Both the position numbers and the translations under genes were made by a program. Positions 62,837 through 64,000 of a stretch of DNA of 64,000 nucleotides are shown here, piece by piece; the stretch's first letter is position 1; each line of letters starts with the position of its first letter. A model generated the notes under the pieces. It saw nothing but the letters and a program-made list of their open reading frames with translations. It was not told the origin of the DNA and ran no database searches. The DNA is from an uncultured cyanobacterium (GTDB taxonomy: Bacteria; Cyanobacteriota; Cyanobacteriia; Cyanobacteriales; CAWUOF01): assembly GCA_963744145.1 (NCBI GenBank), contig CAVUSO010000001.1:928001-992000 (forward strand), in the 5' to 3' direction.

Positions 62837-64000
62837 GTGGAACAGAAAGAATTGGAAATCATCAATTACTTGCGATCGCCCAGAGCAATTCGTGAACGTT
62901 GTCAACAAATATTTCTTTGGGGATGTGAAGATCAGTTGGCTCATTTTCAATGCGATTTGAGTCAATTAGAACCAGTTGCGGATTATGTGATTCAAGTCAT
63001 CAAAAATAATTATCCAGATTTAAACATTCCCATTCATTCCCGTTGGAGACATTTTGAAGTTGGCCATGTTCCCCGTTTAAATCAACTCAATCAAAATTTA
63101 CTCAGATTAAATACGATCGAAAGAGCCAAGATTAAGTTTGATCTGATCATCATTAGTGTATTATTAGATGCTGGTGCTGGTGCCTATTGGCAATATAATG
63201 AAATTGAAACCGGACAAGTTTATCGACGCTCCGAAGGTCTAGCTGTCGCAACTTTGCGAATGTTTTGTCATGGCACTTTTTCGAGTAATTCCAATCAGTT
63301 AATGCAAGTTGACTCTGGAGGACTGTTTAAGTTAACTGAAGCTCAACTAGCTCAAGGATTTCAAGTAAATCAATTAAATCATTTAGTTGGGTTGGGTGGT
63401 CGTTTACAACTATTACACCAATTAGGAAAAGCTTTAGAAAGCTATCCAGAGCTGTTTGGTACTGAAAATCAGCGTCCTGGAAATCTCGTCAATTATTTTT
63501 TAGGTCAAGCCAAAGGTGGTAAATTACCAGCTAGCGCAATTTTAGAGACAATTCTCTCCAGTTTAGCGGAAATTTGGCCGGGAAGATTCTAAAATTGGAG
63601 AAGTAAATCTAGGCGATGTTTGGTCCTATCCAGCTTTACAAACAGAGGATTTTGGTTCGGAATACATTCCTTTTCATAAACTTTCCCAATGGTTGACCTA
63701 TTCATTGTTAGAGCCATTAACAGAACTGGGTGTAGAAATTATTGAATTAGAAGCACTCACCGCTTTACCAGAATATCGCAATGGTGGATTATGCTTAGAT
63801 TTAGGTTTAATCAAAGTCAAAAATCCCGCACTCTTAAATAAATCCTATTTACCAGGAGCTGAAATTATCGTTGAATGGCGATCGCTGACAGTAATTTTAT
63901 TAGATCGAATTGCCACAGTAATTCGGGAAAAATTAGGAATGAGTGAGCAAGAATTACCGTTAGTGAAAATCTTACAAGGAGGAACATGGGCAGCAGGTAG
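62837..64000 (+). CDS. URC4/Urg3 family protein, frameshift near 63589, runs off window
   Basis: IPIHSRWRHF, SVLLDAGAG, RSEGLA, RPGNL. After one extra base the frame continues NLGDVW...PFHKLSQWLTYSLLEP...LPEYRNGGL...LQGGTWAAG. Confidence 0.9.

Overview
AT-rich cyanobacterial chromosomal segment, identified by pervasive HIP1 octamer GCGATCGC, ntcA and a knotless phytochrome. It is mostly core genes: thiC with a TPP riboswitch, purN, ntcA/fabI/hisB, a pncB-nadD-nrtR-nadE NAD operon, RNase II, rpsR/rpmG, lpxD and a clpC paralogue, plus several two-component sensors. Best leads: (1) a stand-alone C-A-T-TE NRPS with a DCL-type C domain and Gly-type A-domain code, overlapping a 2Fe-2S ferredoxin gene, with an HLR1-like box upstream and a PPTase gene nearby; (2) a TPR-CHAT protein lacking both catalytic residues, apparently co-transcribed with a CorA-like 2-TM membrane protein; (3) a kinase-less, Cys-tailed permease/sensor module under a textbook NtcA-activated promoter, divergent from a histidine kinase with a very short periplasmic part and near URC1/URC4-type uracil-catabolism genes; (4) a structured RNA ahead of hisB; (5) a 24-bp micro-element inserted into one of two copies of a REP-like repeat; (6) a secreted S/Q/N-rich tandem-repeat protein and a dead M48 peptidase. 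Five conserved genes carry 1-2 nt frameshifts, most likely assembly errors. No rRNA, tRNA, CRISPR array or transposase was recognised. All family calls come from motif recognition by eye, not database searches.
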